A stretch of DNA of 64,000 nt from Spirochaetia bacterium (GTDB lineage: Bacteria; Spirochaetota; Spirochaetia; UBA9216). The stretch is taken from NCBI GenBank assembly GCA_963677925.2, contig CAXXYH010000004.1, positions 672,001 to 736,000 of the forward strand. Reading direction: 5' to 3'. Positions within the stretch are counted from its first letter, which is position 1, and every line of letters begins with the position of its first letter. A program made the position numbers and the translations under genes. The notes below the pieces were generated by a model. It was not told the origin of the DNA. It did no database searches and saw only the letters and a list, made by a program, of their open reading frames with translations. Below, in pieces: positions 1-10,581 of this stretch.

Positions 1-20
1 AGATATATTATGGAGTTCTT

Positions 21-1544
21 ATGGCACTTTTGAAGGTTCAGACAGAAGGCGGGCTGGTAGAAGGATTACCGGCAAATAATCAGGTGATTTCAGTTTTTAA
101 GGGAATCCCGTTTGCAAAACCTCCGGTTGGTGATTTGCGGTGGAGGGCTCCGGAACCGGTTGAACCCTGGGAAGGCAACTACGAGGCTTTCAGGTTCAGG
201 AATATATGTACTCAGCCGCGATTTGCATCAGAAGGCGGAAATACGCTGGCAGCTACAGAGTTTTATGTAGTGGAATTCCCAATGAGTGAAGATTGTCTCT
301 ATTTGAATGTCTGGACGCCGGCTGAAAGTGATACGGAAAAACTGCCGGTTGCGGTTTACATTCATGGTGGCGGTTACGAAACCGGCTTCAGTTATCTTAA
401 TGCTTATGATGGCGAGGGCTTCGCCAAAAGAGGTGTTGTCTTTGTAAGTATTGCATACAGGCTGAATTTCTTCGGTTTTCTTGCTCATCCTGAACTTGCT
501 GCCGAAGATCCTAACGGAAGTACCGGAAATTACGGTGAAATGGATCAGCTTGCCGCACTTGAATGGGTAAAACGGAATATCGGGGCCTTCGGCGGAGATC
601 CGGAGACTGTCACAATTTTCGGACAGTCGGCAGGAGCATCAAGTGTCCAGAATATATGCGCCAGTCCTCTTTCTAAAGGGCTTTTTAAGAGAGCTATTAT
701 GCAGAGCGGCGGCGGTTTATGCCGGAATGGTGTTCTTGAGCCCCTGGATCAGGATACGGCTTACGCCATGGCAAAAGATTTTATGGAATTTGCAGGCTAT
801 AAAAGCATTGAGGAAGCCCGGAAAGCTGCAGATCTAGAAATGCTGGAAAAATATCAGGCGTTCACAAAAGCACGCGGACTGTTTATGCCTGTTTTTGCAC
901 CTTCAGTAGATGGTTATGTCCTGCCCGATAAGGCATATAAGGCTTTCAGGGCCGGAAAGCATCCTGATATCGATTATATGGTAGGTTCGACTGCAGATGA
1001 AATGAGGAATAAAAATGCCGTGGCTCCGCCTTTCGAAAATATAAAGAAAGCAGCGGAACAGCGGTATGGAGAGTTAGCAGAAGCTTACCTGACTGCAATT
1101 GATGCTTCAGATCCTGAAAAATGCAGACCGTATTTTGAAGATTTTTTTGCTGATGAGACTCTTGCCGGAAGTCTCGGCTGGTGTGAGAATCAGCTGCTTC
1201 TGGGGCGGCGTCCAAGCTACATGTACCATTTCTCCTATGTTCCGCCCGGAGCAGAGGAGGTCGGAGCTCATCATTCGGTAGAACATCATTATGTTTTCCA
1301 GACTCTGGTTCGTTCTTTCCGTCCCTATACGGGGTTTGATTTTGACCTGTCCGAAGAGCTGGCAGGTTACTGGGCAAATTTTGTGAAGACCGGAAATCCG
1401 AACGGTGAAGGACCGGAAACATGGTCTCCGTATACAAAAGATTCACCGAAGGCTCTCCTGATCGACAGGAAGCGGGAAATGGTTAAAATGCAGCCGAGCC
1501 GAAAAGTCTGCTTTATGCGGGATTTTTCTCTTGTGAAGTTTTAG
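21..1544 (+). CDS. Type B carboxylesterase/lipase (p-nitrobenzyl esterase-like)
   Basis: FKGIPFAKPP..LRW, SEDCLYLNVW, HGGG oxyanion motif, GQSAG nucleophile elbow, candidate triad Glu (GSTADE) and His (AHHSVE); SD GGAG upstream. Confidence 0.92.
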   Translation: MALLKVQTEGGLVEGLPANNQVISVFKGIPFAKPPVGDLRWRAPEPVEPWEGNYEAFRFRNICTQPRFASEGGNTLAATEFYVVEFPMSEDCLYLNVWTPAESDTEKLPVAVYIHGGGYETGFSYLNAYDGEGFAKRGVVFVSIAYRLNFFGFLAHPELAAEDPNGSTGNYGEMDQLAALEWVKRNIGAFGGDPETVTIFGQSAGASSVQNICASPLSKGLFKRAIMQSGGGLCRNGVLEPLDQDTAYAMAKDFMEFAGYKSIEEARKAADLEMLEKYQAFTKARGLFMPVFAPSVDGYVLPDKAYKAFRAGKHPDIDYMVGSTADEMRNKNAVAPPFENIKKAAEQRYGELAEAYLTAIDASDPEKCRPYFEDFFADETLAGSLGWCENQLLLGRRPSYMYHFSYVPPGAEEVGAHHSVEHHYVFQTLVRSFRPYTGFDFDLSEELAGYWANFVKTGNPNGEGPETWSPYTKDSPKALLIDRKREMVKMQPSRKVCFMRDFSLVKF

Positions 1545-1572
1545 CCCTTGCATTCTTTATTAAAATAGAAAT

Positions 1573-1614
1573 TTAAAAAGGCTGATCGGAAAGGTTTCCG
1601 GTCAGCCTTTTTAA
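1573..1614. terminator. Bidirectional intrinsic terminator
   Basis: AAAAAGGCTGATCGGAA...TTCCGGTCAGCCTTTTT hairpin with A- and T-tracts on both sides, between convergent genes. Confidence 0.85.
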
Positions 1615-1633
1615 TTTGCATTGAAAAGTTTAA

Positions 1634-3922
1634 TCAGTTTATAGAGTAGAGAACTTCAGTTTTGATGATATCCAGAAGCTCAAGGACCGAGCTGTCTGTC
1701 TCTGTTCTTTTTAAATTTTCAACAACCCTGTTCAGTACAGTTTTATCTGTGCTCTCTGACAGAGAAACAATAAATTCTGTGAGCTCCGGGTTCCTGCCTT
1801 CCAGAAGCATTCCTTCATAACCTTCTTCAGTTCCTGTCAGATAAAACGCATAGGTCAGCCGTCTCTGGCTGGAAATGTCCGTGAGTATGCTGCCCAGTTC
1901 AATGCCCTTTGAAATAAAATCTGATGACCGGAGTTCTCCCAGTATTTCACAGATGAGCAGGGCGATTGAAGAGTTTTTCTTAAGGTCCATTTTCTCAAGA
2001 GTATCTGCAAGCTGACTTATTCTTTCCGGATCTGAGAGACCTATTCTGAGCAGTGTCTGAATTGCCTCTTCCCTTATGGCAGAATCTCTTTCCCTGGAAG
2101 CAAGACTTATCAGTTTTTCTATCGATTCATCACTCAGGTTCTTCATCTGTCCAAGTGACCTTACAGCGTAAAATCTCAGTTGAGCATATTTCTCATCCCT
2201 CATTGTTGCGGCTGTTATTAGAGTCAATTCGACGTTGATGCTGGGGTTATCATACCCGCAGGCGCCCAGAGCCCTTACAGCATTAACCCTTACATCAAGG
2301 GGTTCGGTTTCGTTGGAGACCATTTTATTGAGTGCTGTTGTAATAAGCGCATTATTTTCTGGTCTTATTCTGTAAAGAGCCTGAGTTGCGTATCTTTTTA
2401 CCTCGGCGTCTTCGGAAGCCAGCATTTTGAGGAGGGTCGCGATAGCCGAGCTGTCTGGCAGTTCTGAAAAAAGCCTGGCCGCCTGACGCTGAAACTCCGG
2501 ATCAGTGTTTGTTGCTGAAAATCTTGCAAGACTTCCAATAAGGGAAGTGGAGTCGGTTTTGTAAATGGCCTTTGCTGCCATGTATGCCGCATTTTTAATT
2601 TCGGTATCTGCAGAAGAAAGGGCATCGAGTACTCCATTGATCCCTTTTGAACCTTCGGGGTGTACCCCTATGGTTTCAAGGCAGCTGATTTTCAATTCTG
2701 TTGATGTCTGCGGGCTTTGCAGGAGGGCAATTATTGACGGAACGATTGCCGGATTATTTATATTCTTTGATTTTTCTACGAGGGTGAGCAGGACTGTTTC
2801 GGAACGTTCGGTTTTGAACAGCCTTACAAGAGAGCCTACTGTAGCCTGGTCACTGAAAGATGAAAGACCGCTGATTGCGGTGATTCTTAACGCCGGATCG
2901 GCGGAGTTCAGGTATTCTGAAAGCGCAGTTGAGATTCTGCGGTCGGCTGTCCCGTATGCTGCTATTTTTCCCAGAGATTCAAGTGCCGCTTTCAGCACTG
3001 CCGGAGGTAATTCTTCTTCCTTCAGAATATTGAAAAGCGGAATGAGGCTTTCCTTTGCTCCCATCGAGCCAAGGGCTCTGATAATTTCTACCTTAAGCGG
3101 TTCTTCAGGATTTTCGTCCAGTTTTGTCAGCAGCAGATCCATAGCTTCAAGGTTTCCGATAGCGCCCAGACTTCTGATACTTTCAATGGCATAAGTGCTA
3201 TCGGAGGTCATCGGCATTATATATGGGATGGCTCTGCTGGAGCGCAGCAGTCCAAGGGTATAGAGCGCTGTGTTGATAGCTTCCTGATCGGCCTGTTCCC
3301 GCAGCAGACTGTTTATAAGTGTTGACTCAAGGATTTCCTTTTCCTTTCCCGTCATCGGTTCAGGAACGGGATAGCCTTTTTCAAGCATATCGTACAGTTT
3401 GCCTTTGGCAGTTTTAAACTCCGTTTCAGCCCCGCTTCCTTCTCTCTTATAGGCACTGTCCATTACGGCTAGATAGGAAGACATTTCATCCATGGCTTTC
3501 CTGCGCGCTGAATTAGGCAGATAAAGACCGTAATCACCCATTGCAATCCGCTTTTCTATGAGCTGACTTATTGCTGCGCCGTAGTTCAGTCCTATTAGCT
3601 CATTGATTGTGCCTTCGGGACTTTCCAGGGCATCTCTGACTTCTTCAAGTGTTCTTACCGGGAAATACCTGTAGTTTTTTCTGATAAATTCAAGTGTTTC
3701 CTGAACCTGAATCTGATCATCCTGAACAAGATAGTCTGATATCTGCTCATCCATATCATCAAGCCGATCCATGGAGCCGTTTTTGTTCAAATCAATATAG
3801 CCGTTTCTGAGTTCAGGAAAGATCGAACGAAGCTGGTTTCCCAGAGGGGTAGAGACAATATCAGAAAACAGGGGATTAATGATTATTATGCCAGTAATTA
3901 GAAGAAGGAGTTTTCGTTTCAT
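1634..3922 (-). CDS. Exported HEAT/PBS-lyase-like repeat protein with an N-terminal EF-hand-like loop
   Basis: N-terminal signal peptide; many repeats of the type 'RxxAVRALGx', 'IIRALGSMG', 'ALESLGKI'; DLNKNGSMD loop. Confidence 0.8.
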   Translation of the reverse strand: MKRKLLLLITGIIIINPLFSDIVSTPLGNQLRSIFPELRNGYIDLNKNGSMDRLDDMDEQISDYLVQDDQIQVQETLEFIRKNYRYFPVRTLEEVRDALESPEGTINELIGLNYGAAISQLIEKRIAMGDYGLYLPNSARRKAMDEMSSYLAVMDSAYKREGSGAETEFKTAKGKLYDMLEKGYPVPEPMTGKEKEILESTLINSLLREQADQEAINTALYTLGLLRSSRAIPYIMPMTSDSTYAIESIRSLGAIGNLEAMDLLLTKLDENPEEPLKVEIIRALGSMGAKESLIPLFNILKEEELPPAVLKAALESLGKIAAYGTADRRISTALSEYLNSADPALRITAISGLSSFSDQATVGSLVRLFKTERSETVLLTLVEKSKNINNPAIVPSIIALLQSPQTSTELKISCLETIGVHPEGSKGINGVLDALSSADTEIKNAAYMAAKAIYKTDSTSLIGSLARFSATNTDPEFQRQAARLFSELPDSSAIATLLKMLASEDAEVKRYATQALYRIRPENNALITTALNKMVSNETEPLDVRVNAVRALGACGYDNPSINVELTLITAATMRDEKYAQLRFYAVRSLGQMKNLSDESIEKLISLASRERDSAIREEAIQTLLRIGLSDPERISQLADTLEKMDLKKNSSIALLICEILGELRSSDFISKGIELGSILTDISSQRRLTYAFYLTGTEEGYEGMLLEGRNPELTEFIVSLSESTDKTVLNRVVENLKRTETDSSVLELLDIIKTEVLYSIN

Positions 3923-4064
3923 TGCATCATCCTAAAGAAAGAAATGATTCTTGGCAACTCAAAAAAAAGTATTGGAAAAATTATCATGATTGAATAACTT
4001 GGATAATCATTATAGACTGTGCCTCTGCGTTTAAATCTGCGTAAAACAAAATTAAGAGGAAGAT

Positions 4065-6197
4065 ATGAGCTTAAAACAAACTGTAGACTTTAAAAAAAGT
4101 TCTTTCTCAATTCCGTTGATCATTACAATTATGGGTGTTCTGGTTATTTCATTCTTACTTCAGTATCTGCTTATTTCATCAAGGATAGCTGATGAAGTAA
4201 AGAAAACTCAGTCGGTGAATTTCCGTACAATCACCATGTCTCTAAGCGAAATTCTGGAGCTGCAGCTCAATTACAATGAAAAACTGGCTTCGTCCTTTGC
4301 GGATAGTATAAGCCGATACCTGACGGCTGAAGATGAAGAATTATCAAACAAAGGGGAAGTTTTCGAACTCATTTCGGAACTTAAAGCTGTAAATGGAAAC
4401 TTTGAATCTGTATTTATTCTTGATAATTATGGAATAGTCAAATCTTCAACATATTCCGACAGCCTCCTGGGGTCTGACCTGTCTCACCGTGAGTATTATG
4501 TAAAGATTTTAAGCAACATGGGAAATTCGTTCACTTCAAGCGGGGCACTGCAGTCTGCGGCAACTGGAAATCCAACTATAGTACATGCCGCACCGCTTTT
4601 CAAAAATGGGGAATTTGTCGGAGTTCTGGGTATTTCACTGGATTTAACGGCCCTTGGAAAAGAATTTATTACATCCAAGAAAATCGGGGAAACCGGTTAT
4701 CCATATGTACTGGATAAGCGGGGGCTTGTATTGATTCACCCTTCAGATGATATTGTTTTTACTTCGGCTCAGGAGATCGACCCGTTCTTTCAGGATGTTG
4801 TTGACAGCCGGGAAGACATTCAGGAGATAAACTATATACTCGGCGGATCTGCAAAACAGGGAGTGTTTGTAAAGATGCCTGAAACAGGATGGATAGTCTG
4901 CCTTGCAATTAATGAAAGTGAATCATACAGCTCAATATATATTTTAAGAATTCTTCTGATTATATCCGGAATTGTTATGCTTGTTTCCATAAGTCTGATT
5001 CTGCTGTTTTACATAAGGAAGAACCTTGTAAAGAAACTTTCTGATGTTGAAAAAATTATTTTTAAGGCTTCTGGGGGAGATATTTCAGGACGCGGAATAG
5101 TCCGCGGAAGAGATGAGATTGCAAGTATGACTTCATTTTTTAATAATTTTATGGAATCACTGACTGGATTTTTCACCCGCCTCAACGATAACCTTGGAGA
5201 GCTTGATGATGCTGGAAAGGAGCTTTCTGTTAATATGGAAGAAACTGCAGCTGCCGTTTATCAGATAAGTACAAACGTCTCCAATTCCCGAAAGCAGATA
5301 TCCATGCAGGAAAACTATGTCCGGGAAACAGATCTGGCAGGCCGTGAGATTACGGACAGCATTAATGCTCTGGTACAGATAATTGAAAAACAGCAGATGG
5401 ACCTTCAGCAGGGGGCAAGTGCTATTGAAGAAATGATTGCGCAGATAAGAAACATATCAGCTTCTACTGATGATTCTGCAGAGATTATGAATGAACTGAA
5501 ACTTTCTTCCAGTGCCGGAAAAGATAACATAGATAAGGTGAGCGAACTTGTCGGTACTATTGCTGCGCAGTCAGCGAAACTCGAAGAAGCAAATACAATC
5601 ATTGCCGGAATAGCCTCGCAGACCAACCTGCTTGCCATGAATGCTGCTATCGAGGCTGCTCATGCAGGTGATGCAGGCCGCGGTTTTGCTGTTGTTGCTG
5701 ATGAGATAAGGAAGCTTGCCGAGCAGTCCACCCTCCAGTCAGGTGAAGTAAAGCAGAGCATATCTGAGATCAGTTCGACTATAACCGAAGTAGTAAAGAG
5801 CTCTGACATCTCAAATAATTCATTTCAGGATATTCTTGGAAGAATTAATTCCATTGACAGGCTTACCGGTGAAATCAAGTCTTCGGTGCAGGAGCAGGTC
5901 TCAGGCGGAACGCAGGTTCTACAGTCTCTTGAAGAGATGAAAACATCGGGCATGGAAGTGGGTGCAGGTTCAAAAAAAATGATGAAAAACAATACAAAGA
6001 TTCTTGAGTCAATTAAATCACTGATTAGAATTTCAGATGAGGTCTCCATGGCCATTGCCGAGATTGGCAGCGGAATGGATGAAATAAATCAGTCTGTTGT
6101 AAATGTGAAGGAGCTTGCCTCAACGAATATGAAGAGTGTTAATGATGTCAGGCGTAACGCTCTTTTTTACAGGACTGATCCGGACTCTCTCAATTAA
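4065..6197 (+). CDS. Methyl-accepting chemotaxis protein (dCache sensor, HAMP)
   Basis: Two TM helices, Cache motifs ([17 protein letters not shown]), signalling hairpin [38 protein letters not shown]. Confidence 0.95.
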   Translation: MSLKQTVDFKKSSFSIPLIITIMGVLVISFLLQYLLISSRIADEVKKTQSVNFRTITMSLSEILELQLNYNEKLASSFADSISRYLTAEDEELSNKGEVFELISELKAVNGNFESVFILDNYGIVKSSTYSDSLLGSDLSHREYYVKILSNMGNSFTSSGALQSAATGNPTIVHAAPLFKNGEFVGVLGISLDLTALGKEFITSKKIGETGYPYVLDKRGLVLIHPSDDIVFTSAQEIDPFFQDVVDSREDIQEINYILGGSAKQGVFVKMPETGWIVCLAINESESYSSIYILRILLIISGIVMLVSISLILLFYIRKNLVKKLSDVEKIIFKASGGDISGRGIVRGRDEIASMTSFFNNFMESLTGFFTRLNDNLGELDDAGKELSVNMEETAAAVYQISTNVSNSRKQISMQENYVRETDLAGREITDSINALVQIIEKQQMDLQQGASAIEEMIAQIRNISASTDDSAEIMNELKLSSSAGKDNIDKVSELVGTIAAQSAKLEEANTIIAGIASQTNLLAMNAAIEAAHAGDAGRGFAVVADEIRKLAEQSTLQSGEVKQSISEISSTITEVVKSSDISNNSFQDILGRINSIDRLTGEIKSSVQEQVSGGTQVLQSLEEMKTSGMEVGAGSKKMMKNNTKILESIKSLIRISDEVSMAIAEIGSGMDEINQSVVNVKELASTNMKSVNDVRRNALFYRTDPDSLN

Positions 6198-6228
6198 GCA
6201 GAGATTATCAACTTGAAAAACTTGTTAT

Positions 6229-7947
6229 CTATGACAATGAATATAGGGTAATTGGTTTTGATTTCCCTCTTACAGTGACCGGTTCATTTTTTACAGCTGC
6301 TATCTGCCTTATGTATTCATTCGAAAGATGCGAATAGGTTGATTCACTGATTAAAATATCGGTCTCGTAAACCTTTGTCTGACTCTCGATCCTTGATGCT
6401 ACGTTAACGGTGTCCCCGATTACCGTATATTCTTTCCGGTCTTCCGAGCCGACATTTCCTGCGATAAGTGTTCCGGTGTGAACTCCGATTCCATGCCTGA
6501 TTGGCGGATATTTCCCTGCACTATTGAACATATCAAGGGCTTCCCGCATTTCAAGGGCGGCAGTAACCGCCGATTCTGCGTGGGATTCGAGACCGAATAC
6601 CGGAGAAAATACAGCCATAATACAGTCACCTATAAACTTATTGACGACTCCGTGGTTGTCTGAGATTGGTTTTACCATATAAGAGAAATAATCATTTAAA
6701 AAATCAATAAGTTCCCGGGGAGTGTAGCCTTCACTGATAGATGTAAAACTTCTGATGTCGGCGAACATAACAGTAGTTTCAATCTCCTCTCCGGCCAGAT
6801 CAATACCGCTGGTGTCTATAAGCTTTTTTGCTATTTCTATCGAGACAAATTTTCCGAATGTATCACGCAGTTTTTCTCTTTCCTCAAGGCCCTCGACCAT
6901 CATGTTGAAATGCCCCTTAAGCTTTCCGATTTCATCGGCCGAAAGAACTGAGGACCTTGTTGTAAAATCACCCTTTGCAACGGTCTGCATTCTTTCAATA
7001 AGGATGTTGATAGGTCCCTGAATATTCCTGCGGAAAGTGAATATTGAAAAGAACTGTGCTGTAATGAAGAACAGGTTAACAAGAAATATAATGATAATCG
7101 GACCGAATATCTGTCCTGTTACTACGAGGTCTGGCTGAGAGCCTTCAGCGATGGCTTTAAACATCCATGAATTAAATACAACCGGTATGTAAATGCTTAA
7201 TACAAGGGGTATTATTCCAAGCGATACTATCAGCAGCAGAACCCTTGCTGTGAGGTTAAGTGTAAATCCCTTTTTCAGTGAATACAGTTTGCTGTTTCTG
7301 AAAACCTGTGCGGCAATACCCCTGTTAATGTATCTGGTTGTGTGCCAGGAGTTGATGAACCCGGCAAGACTTCCATACATTATGGCAGAGGCTATGAAGT
7401 TTGAAATTACCTTTCCGGTAATTTCCATGCCGTCAATATCTCTAATAATCAGCTTGATAATCAGGTTCCAGATTGCACCAATCCAGGGAAGAACAAACAT
7501 AAGTACAGGCAGGTTAAGTACTCTTTTTACTGTTTTTTCATCAGGTTCACCATCTTCTTTGAAATTATACCGGTATACAGGAATCAGGTAGATTATTATA
7601 AAAAGAAACATAAATCCGACAGGGTTTCTGGTTCTGTAAAAGAAATATTCTTCTGAAAGACGCTCGTTCACACTCCGATCATCTTCGACTCCGAATTCAT
7701 TTCTGAGCGATTTCTCAAGTTTAATATCGGACTCTGTTCTTGTTTCAAAATCAGGATTTTCCTTATGTTCATTCATTACTTCCAGAATCTGGTCAGAATT
7801 GTTTTTGACATATTTTGCCATTTCTTCAAAGGGCATATTTGAGTAGAATTCAAAAAAGCCTGAAAGAATGGAACTGAGTATTATTGAAATTAAAAAAAGC
7901 AGGTAAAGGGGGATAAACAGTTTTTTAAGAAACAACCTTAAATTCAT
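6229..7947 (-). CDS. Membrane-bound class III adenylate/guanylate cyclase with HAMP domain
   Basis: FADIRSFT, KFIGD, GIGVHTG, YTVIGDTVNVASR motifs; several TMs plus HAMP. Start at 7947 preferred (SD AAGGA); the ORF track gives 7962. Confidence 0.92.
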   Translation of the reverse strand: MNLRLFLKKLFIPLYLLFLISIILSSILSGFFEFYSNMPFEEMAKYVKNNSDQILEVMNEHKENPDFETRTESDIKLEKSLRNEFGVEDDRSVNERLSEEYFFYRTRNPVGFMFLFIIIYLIPVYRYNFKEDGEPDEKTVKRVLNLPVLMFVLPWIGAIWNLIIKLIIRDIDGMEITGKVISNFIASAIMYGSLAGFINSWHTTRYINRGIAAQVFRNSKLYSLKKGFTLNLTARVLLLIVSLGIIPLVLSIYIPVVFNSWMFKAIAEGSQPDLVVTGQIFGPIIIIFLVNLFFITAQFFSIFTFRRNIQGPINILIERMQTVAKGDFTTRSSVLSADEIGKLKGHFNMMVEGLEEREKLRDTFGKFVSIEIAKKLIDTSGIDLAGEEIETTVMFADIRSFTSISEGYTPRELIDFLNDYFSYMVKPISDNHGVVNKFIGDCIMAVFSPVFGLESHAESAVTAALEMREALDMFNSAGKYPPIRHGIGVHTGTLIAGNVGSEDRKEYTVIGDTVNVASRIESQTKVYETDILISESTYSHLSNEYIRQIAAVKNEPVTVRGKSKPITLYSLS

Positions 7948-8013
7948 TGGTATTTCCTTCATTATCTAATTATTATTAGTATAATTATATAGTATTGTAA
8001 TCGGAGGGACTGT

Positions 8014-8988
8014 TTGAAAAGTATAAAAAAAACTGAAACAGTGTTTATTATCAGTGTAATCATAAGTGCAGTTATAGTTCTGATAACCTGGCTTCTAGGC
8101 TGGCGGCTTGAGGCTGTTCCTCATTTACCCGATAAGGGAGCGTCATGGTATTACTGGCAGCTGGCAAAGCCTGAAACCGCCGCCAGACTGAGTGCCTGGA
8201 TTGGTTACGGGCTGCATCAGCTTTTCATATGGATTGTTTTTTATAAGGCCAGAAATGAAAAACCTCATCCCGATACTGTAAGCAAATTCAACGCCGCTCT
8301 CCTTATCATAAACCTTCTGTTTATTTTTCTTCATCTTATTCAGACCCATGTCTGGTATGACGGACTTGCACAGGATGTTCCAATCTGGACTTCCCAGGGC
8401 TCAGTAATTGTAATGCTTGTTCTGATGCTCGTAATGCTAACGCCAAGACGCGGCTTTTTTCTCGGGATCAAAATCGGACTTCCTGCAAAGGGTGTAAAAT
8501 TTCTAAACGCCGTTCACGGCGTCTTTATTTCATGGGCACTGGTGTATACATTCTGGTTTCATCCCATGGAAGGAACCTATGGTCTGCTTTCCGGCTTCTT
8601 TTACATGTATCTGCTTTTTACCCAGCTGAGTATGTTCAATACCAGGATACATTTCAACATGAAGTGGCTTGTACTTCTTGAATCAATGGTTGCCGTGCAC
8701 GGAACACTTATAACACTTCAAAAGGAAAATCCTATCTGGCCGATGTTTTTTTCGGGTTTTCTTTTCATGATTGCATTTACCTACGTTTATGGTCTTACTA
8801 AAAAGCGGGTATTAAGAATAGGTACCCTTGTTCTTTATGTTATTGCAGTAGCTGTCATGTATTATTTCCGGGGATACGATCACCTTTATGAGGTCAGTTT
8901 TATTCCGGTTGCTCTGTACGGCGGAGGGCTTGCTCTGATAATTCTGATGAAGCTTGCTGGAAAAATTTTGGAAAGGAGAGCCGGTTAA
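8014..8988 (+). CDS. Polytopic membrane protein of unknown function with several intramembrane His residues
   Basis: TTG start with strong SD GGAGG; about 9-10 hydrophobic segments; HLIQTHVWYDGLAQDV motif. Confidence 0.75.
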   Translation: MKSIKKTETVFIISVIISAVIVLITWLLGWRLEAVPHLPDKGASWYYWQLAKPETAARLSAWIGYGLHQLFIWIVFYKARNEKPHPDTVSKFNAALLIINLLFIFLHLIQTHVWYDGLAQDVPIWTSQGSVIVMLVLMLVMLTPRRGFFLGIKIGLPAKGVKFLNAVHGVFISWALVYTFWFHPMEGTYGLLSGFFYMYLLFTQLSMFNTRIHFNMKWLVLLESMVAVHGTLITLQKENPIWPMFFSGFLFMIAFTYVYGLTKKRVLRIGTLVLYVIAVAVMYYFRGYDHLYEVSFIPVALYGGGLALIILMKLAGKILERRAG

Positions 8989-8994
8989 CATATT

Positions 8995-10569
8995 ATGCCG
9001 ATTATTGAACGTAAAACTCTGGACAGGGTAAATACTGAAGATGTTCTTTATCTGGATGCCGGAAACCTGATGAAAGCCGGCCAGAAGGTAGGTGAAAAGA
9101 TCTCAAGCCTGGCAAAATACAATGTTTCGCATATAACTGTAATTGCTCCGACGAGGGAGGAAAGAGCCGCTCTCAATGATGATAAACTGAAAGAGCATAT
9201 CAGCAATTACATTGAAATCGGAAAAAGAAAATCTCATGATGATTTGAGATTTAATCTCAAGAATACACTGCTTAATTTTCATGAACTTTACTCGGAAAAA
9301 GACAGAATTTTTTCAATACCCGGAAAACGATCATATCTTGAAACAGGCGATCTGCTGTCAGCAAAGATTGAATCTTTGAACTACAATCATGTGCAGGCTG
9401 GAAGTTTCCGTCTGATTGATAAATATAAATTAAAGTATATAGGTGAAATAATCACCAAGTATCAGTCCTTCTATGATAAGTTAAAGCCAATCGAAAAAGG
9501 TGAAAAGGAATCTAAGGGTGCTGTTAACAGAATACATATGAATTCGATCCGGCTTAACAGTATGTATGATGATTCAAAACTTGCATCACTTGGTGATTCT
9601 CTTGTTAATCAATCTATAGACATTGCGCTCCTGTTTCTGCATACCTTCATTAATATTAATAAAAAGCGGATTATTGAGGGCCGTCCGTTATCTGAGTCCC
9701 GATGGGATCCCTCTCAGAAGAAGTCAAATCAGGGGATATATCAGTATAAGCCTGAATTGATTTTTGAGGCTGTTATCGGGGCACTTCTTCATAATGTAGG
9801 TGAGGCACACAGTCTGGTTCATCAGATAATTTCCGGGAAGCCGTATTTTTCAGATCAGAGCAAAAATGATCAGATGAAAATAAAGCAGATTCAGAAATCA
9901 ACCAATGTATTGAAACACCTATTGGACAGGGATGACATTTCATCGATAACCAGGATGATAGCAGTGATGCAGAAGGATTATCCTGACGGCACAGGATATC
10001 CTTCACCTAACGAAAACCGGTATTTATTTGAGTTTGTTCGTTTATTTCAAATCATCGAATTCTATGACCATATGACAAATCCGGTATTATCAAAAACCGT
10101 TTTCAGCCGCATGGATGTTATAAATTATATAAAGGAGAATTCAGGAGTATATAATTATTCCGGAGATAAATTTGTTCCGCAGAAAAAGTTTGATTCCATG
10201 CTTGTAGATGAATTTCTGGACATTCTTGCTCCTTATGAGATAAATGAAAAGGTTTATCTTTATGAAAAGAAAAAAAGAAACCACCCTATGTACGTAGGGA
10301 AGGTTGTCTCATATCCTGATTCATATTTCCCGATGGTTGCAATTCTCAAGGACGAGAAGAATAACAGGGCGTATCGGGACGGAACTGTTTTTATGCATAT
10401 TCCTTCTTCCACCCTTTTCATTAAATCAAAAGACGGGAAAATAGAAAAGAAGAAAAATACCTGGATATCAAACCTTGAGATATTTGATAAGAACCTGAAT
10501 GCCGGAGATATTCTTGAGTACAGGGATATGATTTTCGGTTCGGAAAGGCCGCTGAGCAAACATCTGTAA
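8995..10569 (+). CDS. Degenerate HD-GYP-like protein
   Basis: GALLHNVG (HD changed to HN), QKDYPDGTGYP (HHE lost), IIEFYDHMT; starts 6 nt after the upstream membrane-protein gene. Confidence 0.7.
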   Translation: MPIIERKTLDRVNTEDVLYLDAGNLMKAGQKVGEKISSLAKYNVSHITVIAPTREERAALNDDKLKEHISNYIEIGKRKSHDDLRFNLKNTLLNFHELYSEKDRIFSIPGKRSYLETGDLLSAKIESLNYNHVQAGSFRLIDKYKLKYIGEIITKYQSFYDKLKPIEKGEKESKGAVNRIHMNSIRLNSMYDDSKLASLGDSLVNQSIDIALLFLHTFININKKRIIEGRPLSESRWDPSQKKSNQGIYQYKPELIFEAVIGALLHNVGEAHSLVHQIISGKPYFSDQSKNDQMKIKQIQKSTNVLKHLLDRDDISSITRMIAVMQKDYPDGTGYPSPNENRYLFEFVRLFQIIEFYDHMTNPVLSKTVFSRMDVINYIKENSGVYNYSGDKFVPQKKFDSMLVDEFLDILAPYEINEKVYLYEKKKRNHPMYVGKVVSYPDSYFPMVAILKDEKNNRAYRDGTVFMHIPSSTLFIKSKDGKIEKKKNTWISNLEIFDKNLNAGDILEYRDMIFGSERPLSKHL

Positions 10570-10581
10570 AAGAAGTAATAA

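Noticed and set aside
2565-3194. 209-aa plus-strand ORF, and many similar 60-190 aa ORFs in the track (e.g. 28611-29135, 31039-31509, 60813-61385)
   Set aside because: Antisense or alternative-frame shadows of well-supported genes, with no motifs or SD sequences
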